Positions 29,206 through 39,585 of a stretch of 64,000 nucleotides of DNA are shown here, one piece after another (position 1 is the stretch's first letter; each line of letters begins with the position of its first letter). The position numbers and the translations under genes are program-made. This stretch comes from Candidatus Bathyarchaeota archaeon (lineage in GTDB: Archaea > Thermoproteota > Bathyarchaeia > Bathyarchaeales > Bathycorpusculaceae): positions 288,001 to 352,000 of the forward strand of contig CAWFFH010000003.1 in NCBI GenBank assembly GCA_963815095.1. The letters are read 5' to 3'. The notes under the pieces were generated by a model. The model ran no database searches, had not been told where the DNA came from, and saw nothing but the letters and a program-made list of their open reading frames with translations.

Positions 29206-29517
29206 TTACCGTAATCCCATACATGGTCCATAGCCGTATCCATATCCATAGCCGCCTTGATAAGGAGTAGGGGCAGGAGTTGAGCCATCTAAAGGCGCTT
29301 GAGGCGCTACATACTGGTTGACGTAACCTTGGTTTGTTCCATAGCCAAAGCATCGTCCTATCCAACCAAAGAAACCTCCATTGTTAGGTGCTGCAGTGTT
29401 GGGGGTACCGCCAACTGGCGTTTGGCTAGCTGCAATTTGCGCAGAAGCTAAACCGACTATCACCAAAGTTAAAGCCACTACTGCGACCAATCCAATTACG
29501 ATTTTTGTTTTACTCAT
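29206..29517 (-). CDS. Small secreted Gly/Tyr/Pro-rich protein
   Basis: Signal peptide ending LASA-Q; GGFFGWIGRCFGYG; GGYGYGYGYGPCM; GGTGA SD. Confidence 0.75.
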   Translation of the reverse strand: MSKTKIVIGLVAVVALTLVIVGLASAQIAASQTPVGGTPNTAAPNNGGFFGWIGRCFGYGTNQGYVNQYVAPQAPLDGSTPAPTPYQGGYGYGYGYGPCMGLR

Positions 29518-29568
29518 TTGTTTATCACCATATTACAATATGTGCATGGAGGCTTATGGTAGTTGGCT

Positions 29569-29598
29569 GAAACAGATATGAAACAGATTAAGAAACAG
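29569..29598. promoter_or_regulatory. Three phased GAAACAG repeats (candidate operator)
   Basis: Copies at 29569, 29580 and 29592 (spacing 11 and 12 bp), about 50-80 bp upstream of the 29517 start. Confidence 0.55.
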
Positions 29599-29647
29599 TC
29601 TTAAGCACCCAGGAAAGGGTTTTCTGGAAAATATTGCGTTGAAACAA

Positions 29648-30601
29648 CTATGCGTTTTCAGGTTTTTGTTTTAAGTGTCTCACGGCTATTACAGCGTAGA
29701 TTAAAACAATTTCAGGGACAGTTAAGCAAACAGCAAGAATAGATCCAAATGACATTACTTGCGATATTGAAGGTACTTCAAAATACACTTTCACTTGATG
29801 TGTGCTAAAATGTGTTGTGTACCATACGAAAAAGTTATTGGAGTTTTGTGTGTAACCTTGGTTTGCAGCTTTCTGGCCATCTATCAAAATAACCGGGTTT
29901 GTTCCATAGGGGATTGCAGTCTTTGGAATAGTTATGTTGCTAAAGCCTATGGTGTCTTTTTCGCCTGTCACGATGAAAGACATTATTGTTGAGCTGCCAG
30001 ACTCGTTTGCCGCGATCGTAAAGTTGGATATCTGGAAGCTTGTTACATTTCCGCTAATAGCAAGGTAAACTGTCTCGTCAAGATCTGTTTTAGCTAACAT
30101 TATCGTTGCCAAGGGAGTTGAAGAAGGTGATGGCGCTATTGTTGGAGTTGGAGAAGCTTTTGGCATATTTGTTGGTGTTGGTGTCGAAATTGGTGTTGGG
30201 GTGTAGGTTTGAGTTGGGGTTTCTGTTGGTGTTAGTGTTGAAGTAGGGGTTGGGGTGGGTATTGGAGAAGGAGTTGGTGTTGGAGGTGAGTTTGAAGTCT
30301 GTGTTGTTGAAGGGGATGGCAATGATGTGGGAGAAGGGGTTGGGGTTAGCTTCGGAGTGGGCTCTGAAGTTGGAGTAGGTGAAGATGTTGGTGTTGGTTT
30401 TGATGTTGGCGTAGGAGTTGGTGTTGGTGTTAATGTCGGTTTTGGCGTAGCAGTCGGTGTTGGTCTGGGAGTAGGAGCCGGCGTCGGTGTCGTGGTGGGA
30501 TTAGGAGTTGGAAGGGGTTTTTTCGCAGTGACTTGCATGCTCACTTGTGCACAGATTAAAAAAATTAGTAATGCAAGCATCAGAATTTGTAATTTCTTCA
30601 T
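29648..30601 (-). CDS. Pro/Thr-rich secreted, membrane-anchored surface protein
   Basis: Signal peptide; about 135-aa PT/PS repeat; globular domain ending YTTHFSTHQV; C-terminal TM helix. Confidence 0.8.
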   Translation of the reverse strand: MKKLQILMLALLIFLICAQVSMQVTAKKPLPTPNPTTTPTPAPTPRPTPTATPKPTLTPTPTPTPTSKPTPTSSPTPTSEPTPKLTPTPSPTSLPSPSTTQTSNSPPTPTPSPIPTPTPTSTLTPTETPTQTYTPTPISTPTPTNMPKASPTPTIAPSPSSTPLATIMLAKTDLDETVYLAISGNVTSFQISNFTIAANESGSSTIMSFIVTGEKDTIGFSNITIPKTAIPYGTNPVILIDGQKAANQGYTQNSNNFFVWYTTHFSTHQVKVYFEVPSISQVMSFGSILAVCLTVPEIVLIYAVIAVRHLKQKPENA

Positions 30602-31124
30602 TTTCTTTTTTCACTTAATGTTTCTTATTTTACTTATTTTATTTGAATCGATAAAAGTTGAAGCGCTAAGTCAGAACTACTTAGTACAATACTTTAGAAT
30701 TACGAACAAGAATTAATTCATTTCTTTTCCAGAAAACACTGGTCAATTGGTACCTATCATCATATAATAACTGCGAAGTAATTGAACTTTTAGAATTTAA
30801 AGCTTCAATATCATTCCTGCATACAAAAATTTTTGAAATGCGAGCAGGGCCAAGCTCACTTCAAGCACACATGAGTTTGCGATATTTGCTTTCAATGCTC
30901 ATGCTCCAGCAAAGCAGTCGCTCTAACTCCTGCCTTTTTTGTATCATTTGGATGCAAATGTCTTTTCTTAGGTCCAAAATCATCGATTTCATTATTTCAT
31001 CAACTGTAGTTAGCCCTTGTAAGTTGTTGTAGTTGCTTGGCTACAGCATGGTCTTATATCTTTAATCATCACTCTCAATATATCAGTTAGTTTAGTTTTT
31101 GAAGCGATTTATGGAGCAAAAATT

Positions 31125-31481
31125 ATGATCAAAAAAATCTTTCATGGCGCTATTCTAGAAAGCATCCTGCTAAACCTCATAAACGACACTTCCGACCGCG
31201 GTCTATACGGCTACGCTATCTTAACAACAGTTCATAAGAAATTCGGAATACGCTTGGGCGCCTCAACAATATACCCTGAACTTAAGCGTTTAGAGAAACA
31301 TGGACTCTTAGGTTCAAACTGGGAGTTCGTTCTGGGAAAAGCTCGCAAGCAATATCGAATTACAAAGAAAGGTCAGAGTCTGCTGAGGGCATATTTCGTG
31401 GAGCTAAAAGCTGTTATTCCAGTTTTAGTTTCCAGCAAAACGGAAGACGGTTTAGCTGCATTAAATGCTACGATTGTTTAA
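31125..31481 (+). CDS. PadR family transcriptional regulator
   Basis: YGYAI, GASTIYPELKRLEKHGLL..W..RKQYRITKKG. Confidence 0.9.
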   Translation: MIKKIFHGAILESILLNLINDTSDRGLYGYAILTTVHKKFGIRLGASTIYPELKRLEKHGLLGSNWEFVLGKARKQYRITKKGQSLLRAYFVELKAVIPVLVSSKTEDGLAALNATIV

Positions 31482-31646
31482 TTTCTAAATTTGGAGATAC
31501 GCAGAAACATATTGCATAGAAAAGGTTATTCGTTTCCGGGCTAAGACTCGCCCTTATCGCATTATTTGTGCGGCTATTTCTTTTTACCTTATTTGCGCAA
31601 GTTTTGTCCATTATTTGTGCGTTCTAAGAAAAAAAAGGAATAAGCG

Positions 31647-32486
31647 TTATTTTGCATACGCCTCCACGAGATCGCGTGCTGTTATAATACCGACAAACTT
31701 GTCGTTTTTAATGATAGGCAATCGTCTAATGTGTTTTACAGCCATTGTCGCAGCTGCTCTATGAACACTTGTGCCAGAAGGAACAACGATTAAAGGCCAT
31801 GAACATACTGGTCCTACCTCTGTATACAAATCTCTGCCTGTAGCTAGGAAATCCGTAAGTAAGTCGCGTTCCGTGAAAATCCCAAATGGTTCTCCCTTAC
31901 AGGTAATTATTACGCTACCAATGCGTTGTTTACCCATAATACGAGCAATGCTGATTACGGGCGTTGTTTCCTCTTCAAATACAACATCTTGGGTCATGAA
32001 GTCATCAATTTTAACTTCGGTTTCAGAAACCTCAGGCAAGCTCTTGATTAGGTCCGAGGCAGTTATTATCCCCACAAGCGTTCCTGTGTCAAATACCGCA
32101 AGTCTTCCTTTCTTATTAATCATCAATTGTGCAACTTCTTTTATCTTAGCCGTAACAGAAACAGCAACTAGTGGATATGACATCACGCTCTCGACTTTTT
32201 CGTCACCTAAAAGCAGCCCATAAGCTATAACTTTGCTAAGTAAATCCCGCTCAGTGACTATGCCCACAGGCGTGCGGTACTGCATCACGATTAGGCTTCC
32301 GACGTGATTACCACCCATGATTTCGGCAGCTTTATTTAGCGAAGCCTCCGGAGTTATGGTCACAATATTTTGGCTCATTATTTCCTTTGCCATTCGATAA
32401 CGCGGCAAATCACGCATGTACTGTTCATAAGCAATGTCAACGACAGCTGGCAACTTCCCTTTTATTTCCTTTTGAGGTATCGCCAA
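31647..32486 (-). CDS. Four-CBS-domain protein
   Basis: Repeated GIVTERDLL / GIITASDL / GIFTERDLL / GIITARDL. Confidence 0.92.
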   Translation of the reverse strand: MAIPQKEIKGKLPAVVDIAYEQYMRDLPRYRMAKEIMSQNIVTITPEASLNKAAEIMGGNHVGSLIVMQYRTPVGIVTERDLLSKVIAYGLLLGDEKVESVMSYPLVAVSVTAKIKEVAQLMINKKGRLAVFDTGTLVGIITASDLIKSLPEVSETEVKIDDFMTQDVVFEEETTPVISIARIMGKQRIGSVIITCKGEPFGIFTERDLLTDFLATGRDLYTEVGPVCSWPLIVVPSGTSVHRAAATMAVKHIRRLPIIKNDKFVGIITARDLVEAYAK

Positions 32487-33048
32487 GAAAATCCCTCAAG
32501 ATAAATAATAATCAAAAGGTCTAATTAAGGTTGCACAACTACAGTACCTTGCTGATTGGAAAATACTGCATTGAAACAGTAATACGGTATCTAATCAGGC
32601 TGTATCGTATCTCATTATTTATTCTCGTATCACTTCTTCCTTTACGGGCATGCCTAAACCTTGTTATCTTCCATTTGGCAAGGTTTTCACGAATGATTTG
32701 TGGTTACTCATTAGAATATAGAATGGACTTTTCTTTTGTGAAGTATAAAGTTCTGCGATGAAGTTCAAGAGTTGTTTTCCAAGCGGTATTCCTTGATAAT
32801 CCGGAAGAACGACAAAGTGCTGACTCGATAATATTTTGCTTTCATCCTAACGCAGGCGATAGCTACAAGCGTGCGCACAAAACAGCTATTATTCTAAATC
32901 GTTCAAGTTTATCTTTCAGGTTTATCTATGTATCTTTTCGGGTTGTTCAGCGAACCTACTTTTTATTTTTTTAGCCAAATTACGATGGGAATGGATCATT
33001 TGAATAAAAAAAATCCCTATAAAGTGTCATCAATACTACCTTGCGCAA

Positions 33049-33128
33049 ATCTTATAAGCATTTTGAAGGCATAAACGAAGATTGCAGCGTAAGGGCCATC
33101 CAATCTAAAATTTGGCCCTCACTCTGTA
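33049..33128 (+). promoter_or_regulatory. TATA box (ATCTTATAAGC) and 5'-leader hairpin of beta-propeller gene 2
   Basis: ATCTTATAAGC at 33049-33059; AGGGCCA/TGGCCCT stem with extension at 33083-33128. Confidence 0.55.
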
Positions 33129-33147
33129 AAATAAAAGGAGAAAAAAA

Positions 33148-35871
33148 ATGTTAAAAAATAAAACAACAGCTATACTAATAACTCTACTACTACTATCCTC
33201 AATTGCATCAACAGCAATTTTCACTCCAAACGTTAGCGCTCACACACCAGAATGGACTATTCCAACGTTCCCCCACATCTATGCAGCAACCAACCCAGTT
33301 GGTGTCGGTCAGAAGGCATACATATACATGTGGTGTTGCCCAACTTACGACGCTACAGCAATAACCAACGACTACAGATTCCATAACTACAAACTCGTCA
33401 TCACTGCACCAGACGGTCAAGTAACAGAACAGACTTTTCCCACCGTCGTGGACACGACATCTAACCAAGCAACAACGTTTGTTCCCGAGCAAGCCGGCGT
33501 TTACAACTTAACTTTCATATTCCCAGGACAAAAAGTCAACGACTACCCGCATTCGCCAACCTCTCAGTACATCAACGACACATATGCAGCCGGCACTGCA
33601 ACCACAACTCTCACCGTTCTACAAGATCCACTACCGGACATTCCCTATCCGCCACTTCCAACTGAATACTGGACACGACCAATCTTTGGTACAAACTCAA
33701 TTTGGTGGGCGGTTACGTCAAACTGGTTAGGATCTGGCGTCCCAGGTTTTGCCACCAGTACTGCACCAAATCTGCTATGTTTCTCAGGTCAAAGCGTCGG
33801 TTCTCTTACGAGCCACATCATGTGGACTAAGTCTATCGGTCAACCTGGAGGCGTAGTAGGAGGTGAACTAGCAATTCCAGGAGAAACATTTTTCGAAGGC
33901 ACCGCATACTCTCAAAGATATACCAACCCAATAATTGTCGCCGGAATGCTAGTCTACAGAGAACCGTTTGAAACTACAGGTACAGCTGGAGATACAGTTT
34001 GCGTTAACCTAAATACTGGAAAGGAACTTTGGAGATCATCAACTTTGCCATCACTCTCCTTTGCCTACGTACAAGACATGAATAACCCCGACTTCCATGG
34101 AGCTCGCTCAGCATATCTTTGCGCAAGCAACTTTGCCTCAGTATGGGATGCAGCCACAGGAAAGAACGTGGTCAACGTAACGAATGTTCCATCCGGCACA
34201 ACATGGCTCGGACCAGATGGAGAAATAATGAAATACATATTCTACAACAACGGCACCACCTCGGCCCCAGACTATTACTTATGTCAATGGAACTCAAGCA
34301 GATGGTGGAACTCAGCAAGCATGCAGGAACGCAGCTTCCGCACTACCACTACCACAACAACCACAAACGTATCATCGTCAACATACGTTAACGGCGCACT
34401 CACAACGGTACTTACACCAACAACAACAACAAGTACGTTTGTAAACGCAAGCAGGGCCTATATGTATGATTTCCTAGACCCCGTAACACAAAACGTTTCC
34501 ATATCATGGCGCAACGGTCAAGCAGGATCACCATCTATACTTGCAGCACTCCCCGGTGACTTATTGCTATGCAGGAACGGTTCGTATCCAACAAACAACG
34601 GTCCGACCGGCAACCCTACATGGAACTACTTTGCAGTTAACCTCAACGCATCTGTAGCTCCAATAGGCAGCGTGCTATGGTGGAACACAGCTCAGCCCGC
34701 GATTGATCCAGTAGATGGCAATATTACAACCATCTCATTAGCCGCAGGCGTCGCATTTGCAGGCGCAACCCAATCTGGCTTCGCTGAAGCATGGCACCAA
34801 ACACAACAAATCGCATTCTACAACATACGAACAGGCGCATTCATCAAACTGAGCGACAAACAACCAGCACTTGACTACTATGGCAGCACATCCGCAGGAA
34901 CGCTAAACACCGTCGCTGCTTTTGACAGACTCTACACAGGCGCATATGCAGGTATAACATACTGTTATGATATGAAAACTGGAGATGTACTGTGGACGCA
35001 GGGAAACGGTAACACCGCAGACAATTCTACATACAGTGGCTTTGAAGTTCCAGGGCACTACCCCACCTTCGTCAACGCAATCGGCGGTCACGACCTAAGC
35101 GATGGTGTCGTCTACACTATTACTACAGAACACACTTTTGAAACACCAATCTACAAAGGCGCAACAACACGAGCATTTAACGCAAGTGACGGAACCGAAA
35201 TTTACCAACTTGCAGCAGCCACAGGCGAGTTCGGTGCAGGCAGCTTTGCTATAGCAGACGGAATGACCAATCTCTTCAACAGCTATGACCAACAAATCTA
35301 CACTCTCGGCAGAGGCCCCAGCCAAACTACAGTTACAGTTGGACCTGAGAGCCAATCCCTAGGCGGCAATGTAGTCATTAAAGGCACAGTCACCGATGTT
35401 TCCGTAGGTTTACAAACCACTGAAATACAGGGACGGTTCCCAGCAGGTGTTCCTGTTTGCGCTGACAGTAGCATGAAAGACTGGATGGGTCATATCTACC
35501 AGCAACAAATAAAGCCAGCCACATTCACAGGCGTTAACGTTCGATTGGTTGCTTTGGATTCCAACGGCAACTTCCAAGATCTCGGTACAGTAACCACAGA
35601 TAGCATGGGCAAATTCAGTATGACTTGGAAACCCAACATTTCAGGCGACTTCCAACTCTTTGCTTCGTTTGACGGAACCAACGGCTACTGGCCATCAACT
35701 GATGAAACCGCCTTCAACGTGGCAGAGCCCGCAGCAACACCAACCGCAGCACCAACGCAAATATCATCAGCGGCTGACATGTACTTTGTTCCAGCAGTCG
35801 CAGGCATCATAGTCCTAATCATCATAGGCTTTGCTGTACTCGCACTACTGGTACTTAGAAAACGACCCTAA
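33148..35871 (+). CDS. Large PQQ-like beta-propeller repeat surface protein (paralog of 2785-5673)
   Basis: Signal peptide; LPTEYWTRPI, HIMWTK, N-x-YD-x-QIY-x2-G-x-GPS-x-TTV motifs shared with the paralog; TM helix + RKRP. Confidence 0.82.
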   Translation: MLKNKTTAILITLLLLSSIASTAIFTPNVSAHTPEWTIPTFPHIYAATNPVGVGQKAYIYMWCCPTYDATAITNDYRFHNYKLVITAPDGQVTEQTFPTVVDTTSNQATTFVPEQAGVYNLTFIFPGQKVNDYPHSPTSQYINDTYAAGTATTTLTVLQDPLPDIPYPPLPTEYWTRPIFGTNSIWWAVTSNWLGSGVPGFATSTAPNLLCFSGQSVGSLTSHIMWTKSIGQPGGVVGGELAIPGETFFEGTAYSQRYTNPIIVAGMLVYREPFETTGTAGDTVCVNLNTGKELWRSSTLPSLSFAYVQDMNNPDFHGARSAYLCASNFASVWDAATGKNVVNVTNVPSGTTWLGPDGEIMKYIFYNNGTTSAPDYYLCQWNSSRWWNSASMQERSFRTTTTTTTTNVSSSTYVNGALTTVLTPTTTTSTFVNASRAYMYDFLDPVTQNVSISWRNGQAGSPSILAALPGDLLLCRNGSYPTNNGPTGNPTWNYFAVNLNASVAPIGSVLWWNTAQPAIDPVDGNITTISLAAGVAFAGATQSGFAEAWHQTQQIAFYNIRTGAFIKLSDKQPALDYYGSTSAGTLNTVAAFDRLYTGAYAGITYCYDMKTGDVLWTQGNGNTADNSTYSGFEVPGHYPTFVNAIGGHDLSDGVVYTITTEHTFETPIYKGATTRAFNASDGTEIYQLAAATGEFGAGSFAIADGMTNLFNSYDQQIYTLGRGPSQTTVTVGPESQSLGGNVVIKGTVTDVSVGLQTTEIQGRFPAGVPVCADSSMKDWMGHIYQQQIKPATFTGVNVRLVALDSNGNFQDLGTVTTDSMGKFSMTWKPNISGDFQLFASFDGTNGYWPSTDETAFNVAEPAATPTAAPTQISSAADMYFVPAVAGIIVLIIIGFAVLALLVLRKRP

Positions 35872-35881
35872 ACAAAAATTA

Positions 35882-35904
35882 CTTTCTTTTCTTTTTTTTT
35901 GTTT
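35882..35904 (+). terminator. Oligo-T archaeal terminator
   Basis: CTTTCTTTTCTTTTTTTTTTGTTT directly after the stop codon. Confidence 0.6.
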
Positions 35905-36285
35905 GTACCAAAAAATATGAGCTGAGAAGGCTCCTGTTTATCCCAATTAAGAATATGCGTGAGAAGCTCCTTTTCTCCTGTTTTGCTCTGGCACTCTATG
36001 GGATGGTTTTCATTTCTGTTGACATAGGGTTGGAGCCAGCCTCAATTAATAGCCAAGCAAAGCTTCCGACCGATCGGTAATGTCCACCATCCTTGAGAGG
36101 TACTGCGGTTTTTGAGATTCCGGTGCCATTTGAGTAACTCTGATTTCTCGCATTTTAACATCTGAGAAACGAAGTTTTTAACAGTTGTTTGCGGTTATCC
36201 TTTGCTTCTAATGGGGTTTGCCCTTAAACTAACTAAGATCGACTTGTTACTGCAGGTCGGGGAGGCAACTGAGAATTTTGGCCTT

Positions 36286-36395
36286 GGCACCTTTCAATTT
36301 TAAATGGACACATTGCAATCATATTACTTTTGTAATCTGCCGATATAAGCTTCGCGAACTCAAAAATAATCAGGTTAAAATATGCTGCGTAGAAA
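36286..36395 (-). repeat. Diverged ~110-bp duplicate of the promoter and first codons at 43489-43600
   Basis: Shared CTTTTGTAATCTGCCGATATAAGCTTC..CAAAAATAAT; MCPFKIERCQ versus MCPFQIEKCQ. Confidence 0.75.
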
Positions 36396-36765
36396 CGGTT
36401 ATTCGATTCCTCCTTATACTTTGTGTGGTACTTTATTAATTCTCGCATTGCCTTTGCTTGCTTGTCAAAAGCGGGTTAGATTCCAGTTCTGCATGTTTCG
36501 GCGTATGATCTGGGGATTGCTTGTTAGTATGTCGATGGTTCTTCTTATTTGGGAAGCATACACCTTGGTACTTAAGTTTCGGATGAAACTGCTGTGATGT
36601 GAGGGTTAGACATTTCTCGAGAATTACGATTACCCTCGAGACAACGAGGAAAAACACAATAACGCGTTTAAATCAGACAAATTTGTTGGGCTAGGACTGG
36701 AGGAGGATACCCCATTAAGCGTTGCTTAAAATACTATTGAGTTAAATTGATTAATAGAATAAAAG

Positions 36766-37376
36766 ATGGGCAAGTTATCTAAGATTCAGCAAAAAAGAGA
36801 GATAATGAAGATAGACGTTAAGCAGGCAAAGCAATCAACATTGGAGGATCTCTCTTTTCAGTTTAACATTGAAAGAACAAGAGATGTTGTTCGGCCAACA
36901 AAAACAATAATAATTAATCAAATCTCCCACAAAATTGAAGAAGATGAGTTAACACTCAAAGTTGAATTTGCCTTGTTGCCGTCAAATACGGCGTTTTCAA
37001 AAATTAATCTTGATTTGTATTTTGACGATCAACTGATTAATTCAACAACCCTCTGCGCACCTCAAAATGCTTTACTAGGCGACAACTTGGAGTTTTCTAC
37101 GTTATTAAATATGAAAGGAATTGTGGCAGGAAGTTACCCCATTAGAATACAGATGTATGAACTTTGGGATTCAACTGAAAAGCTATGCTTCACTGAAAAA
37201 GAGATCGTCGTCGAATATGCTCCACAAACCAAGGAATCATTAATAGCAAAGGTTCCAACCATCAAGAGCATTTCGGAGCATTTTTAACAATTGTTTCATC
37301 AATCGCCAAGAACATCCATCAAGAAATAGGACAAGGCCAAAAGCAGGAATCTATTGTCAAAAGAGTTGAATGGTAA
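36766..37376 (+). CDS. Hypothetical protein, probably frameshifted near 37275
   Basis: The ORF stops at 37287, but an overlapping frame continues as LTIVSSIAKNIHQEI...KRVEW* to 37376. Confidence 0.55.
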
Positions 37377-37582
37377 TATCTTAAACTTTTTAGAATGGCA
37401 ATTGAAAATCACATAACAAAAGAACCGTTTCCCTTAAGTGCTCAAGTAGAAAATTAATTGCTTAAGGCATGATTAATCGCAGTTCCTTTGTCGATTTTTA
37501 ACGTCATTTGACGAATCTAAACGCTTAAACCTCGCCGAGGATAGGGTAGCACATACGACGTATTTGTGAGGTGAAAAAAGAC

Positions 37583-37648
37583 ATGATATTTGAAGAGGAA
37601 GAATGGGCAGAAACTGAAGATGAGGAATGGGAAGAGGAAGAATGGTAA
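37583..37648 (+). CDS. 21-aa acidic Trp-repeat peptide MIFEEEEWAETEDEEWEEEEW
   Basis: GAGGTGA SD at 37568-37574, ATG at 37583, TAA ending at 37648. Confidence 0.6.
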   Translation: MIFEEEEWAETEDEEWEEEEW

Positions 37649-37662
37649 AATATTGGATTTTA

Positions 37663-37812
37663 TTAAACAACTTTTGTTATTTTATCAGGTTCAGTTATTG
37701 AACGATATTTTCCGCAATACTTGTAGGGACCGTAAACGCAGGTATCACCATTTACTTCAAAAAAGCTGCAGACTTTACGTTTAGGGCAACCGCCAAAAAC
37801 GATTTTTCCCAT
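37663..37812 (-). CDS. 49-aa four-Cys microprotein
   Basis: MGKIVFGGCPKRKVC..C..YCGKYR; start chosen at the internal ATG. Confidence 0.55.
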   Translation of the reverse strand: MGKIVFGGCPKRKVCSFFEVNGDTCVYGPYKYCGKYRSITEPDKITKVV

Positions 37813-38022
37813 TTTTAAAATTGATTTCAAGTCATATTTCCTGAAGCTTTCTTCAGTTATGATCTTTGTTATTTGTGTTCTTAAGGAGTATTGCAATAAT
37901 TGAAATGTATCAGAACTTTAACAATTACGCCTAGCCCTTCTTCGCTTTCACCCATTCAAGGTTTTGCCTTACTAGAAATACATTTAGACTTTGCTATGGA
38001 ATCTTATATAGGATTGAAAATT

Positions 38023-38424
38023 ATGTCTGAACCTTCATTAAAAAAGCCTACTATGACTAACAAAGCTACAATTCAGAAGATTCTAGCTCAAGTGTCTTAT
38101 GAAAATGGATTTCACTTTTTTTCGGACGTAGGCAAGTCTCTTGGTGAAACTGCCATCAGTCTTTTCAGTTTCTTTGAAGAACTTAGAACAATAGAGCTTT
38201 CATCTGTGAGGTTTCATTTTCAGCGTGGTGACTTCCAAAACTGGATAAGAGACACGCTGGGTGACAAAGAGGTAGCAGATGGAATAGACAAAATAAAACC
38301 AGAACTATCTGATGAGAATTTAAAGGAAGCTTTGCTCAAGATCGTGCAGACACGCCTTGTCGAACTACAAACACTCTTAAACGTGCAAAATTTACAGAAA
38401 ACTGGAAAAGTGAGCGGAACTTAA
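38023..38424 (+). CDS. DUF5752-like protein
   Basis: GFHFF..G..A.SL..F...L..I...SV.FHFQRGDFQNWIRDTLGD. Confidence 0.75.
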   Translation: MSEPSLKKPTMTNKATIQKILAQVSYENGFHFFSDVGKSLGETAISLFSFFEELRTIELSSVRFHFQRGDFQNWIRDTLGDKEVADGIDKIKPELSDENLKEALLKIVQTRLVELQTLLNVQNLQKTGKVSGT

Positions 38425-38980
38425 GAAGTTCAGTTTTGAAGAGCTTAAACGATACTAAATTAACATTTGTTGTTGTCGTTAGCCGTTCACAACCCTTTAT
38501 CTTTTTGAAGCAACCACCATATCTTAGTGGACTTTAATTTAATCCTCACCTCACAAGGGGTAGCCTTCCCATCTAAGCATGGTTTTGTGTCAGGATTAAA
38601 AAAAGTCCACTTCTTTTCGTGAATTCTTTAACTGCAAATCGTCACTTTAAGAACAGTTCCTCCTGCATTAGTATTAATTCATATCAGATAGGAAACGCAG
38701 AACCAGATTAGACATTTAGAACATCATTTGAAGGTAGCATATTATAGATTACAGCTTCGAAGAGTAAGAAGCCAAATTTTTGGTCTTGCAGATCCAATTA
38801 GTGGATTAACATTAATTGCTGCATTTTCAATTCATAAAGTATGTAATAGAGGGTTTTGTTAACTTCTTAGTGATGGGTATCTCTGTTAACTACTTCTTGT
38901 TGTACCTTATTGTGCCAACAAACCAACTAATACTGTCAACACTATAAAAAACAGGTTTAACTTTTTGCTGGAGAAATTAA

Positions 38981-39142
38981 ATGGTAAAATGCCCAAATTG
39001 CGGAGCAGAAGTTGCGAAACCTGACAAAGCACTCAAAAATCAGGCTTTCAACATAGAAGCATATACATGCAAAAACTGCGAACACCATTTTAAACTGATT
39101 AGTGAATTTATTTTTTCGACCGAAATACATAGTTCCAGTTAA
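38981..39142 (+). CDS. Small zinc ribbon, Cren7-like (not in ORF track)
   Basis: MVKCPNCGAEVAKPDK...YTCKNCEHHFK; GGAGA SD. Confidence 0.65.
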   Translation: MVKCPNCGAEVAKPDKALKNQAFNIEAYTCKNCEHHFKLISEFIFSTEIHSSS

Positions 39143-39365
39143 CTTTAGCCATTTCGTAACTGTGCTTAGTGAGTACTTCTTCTATACATTTTACCTCTGA
39201 GGGACTAGGCGCACAATTAATGCGAAGTTCCCAACTATCTTCTTCCTCACCCTTTTCTATGGATACTGATAGGGCATCAAGGAATGATCCGCAAACAGAT
39301 TCCAGTTCCTTTAGTAGTAAGATTGCTTCATTCCGATTCAACGGTAACTCTTTACCCTGCCCCAT
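39108..39365 (-). CDS. Hypothetical protein (paralog of 44253-44477)
   Basis: NRNEAILLLKEL versus DRKEAITLLREL, with downstream W/Y-x-L-x-I. Confidence 0.65.
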   Translation of the reverse strand: MGQGKELPLNRNEAILLLKELESVCGSFLDALSVSIEKGEEEDSWELRINCAPSPSEVKCIEEVLTKHSYEMAKVNWNYVFRSKK

Positions 39366-39585
39366 GTTCGTACATAGTCAATTTAAAGCTTATTCCCAGT
39401 TACCTTTTTTATTATTTTTTTCTTTTAGGGCAGATCGAGTCTGACTTATTCTGAGAACATTGCAAAAAACTTTGGGCAAACACAGAAAGCTTAGAAAAAC
39501 ACGTTTTTATAAACCGTTAATTGGCAAAGTTTTATCCACAAGTATGGTTAGACTATTCTATTATCACCTTGACGGAGGCGAATAT

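Noticed and set aside
29206-29517. YG-rich protein as a spliceotide substrate of the rSAM enzyme
   Set aside because: It has a secretion signal rather than a RiPP leader and lies 14 kb from the enzyme.
30255-30716. 153-aa Val/Gly-repeat ORF on the plus strand
   Set aside because: It is the antisense shadow of the Pro/Thr repeat in 29648-30601.
31560-31621. CATTATTTGTGCG repeated twice plus a partial copy
   Set aside because: It is short, lies between convergent gene ends and has no supporting context.
37590-37784. 64-aa basic ORF in the ORF track
   Set aside because: It is an alternative frame of the Glu/Trp peptide; the SD spacing favours ATG 37583.
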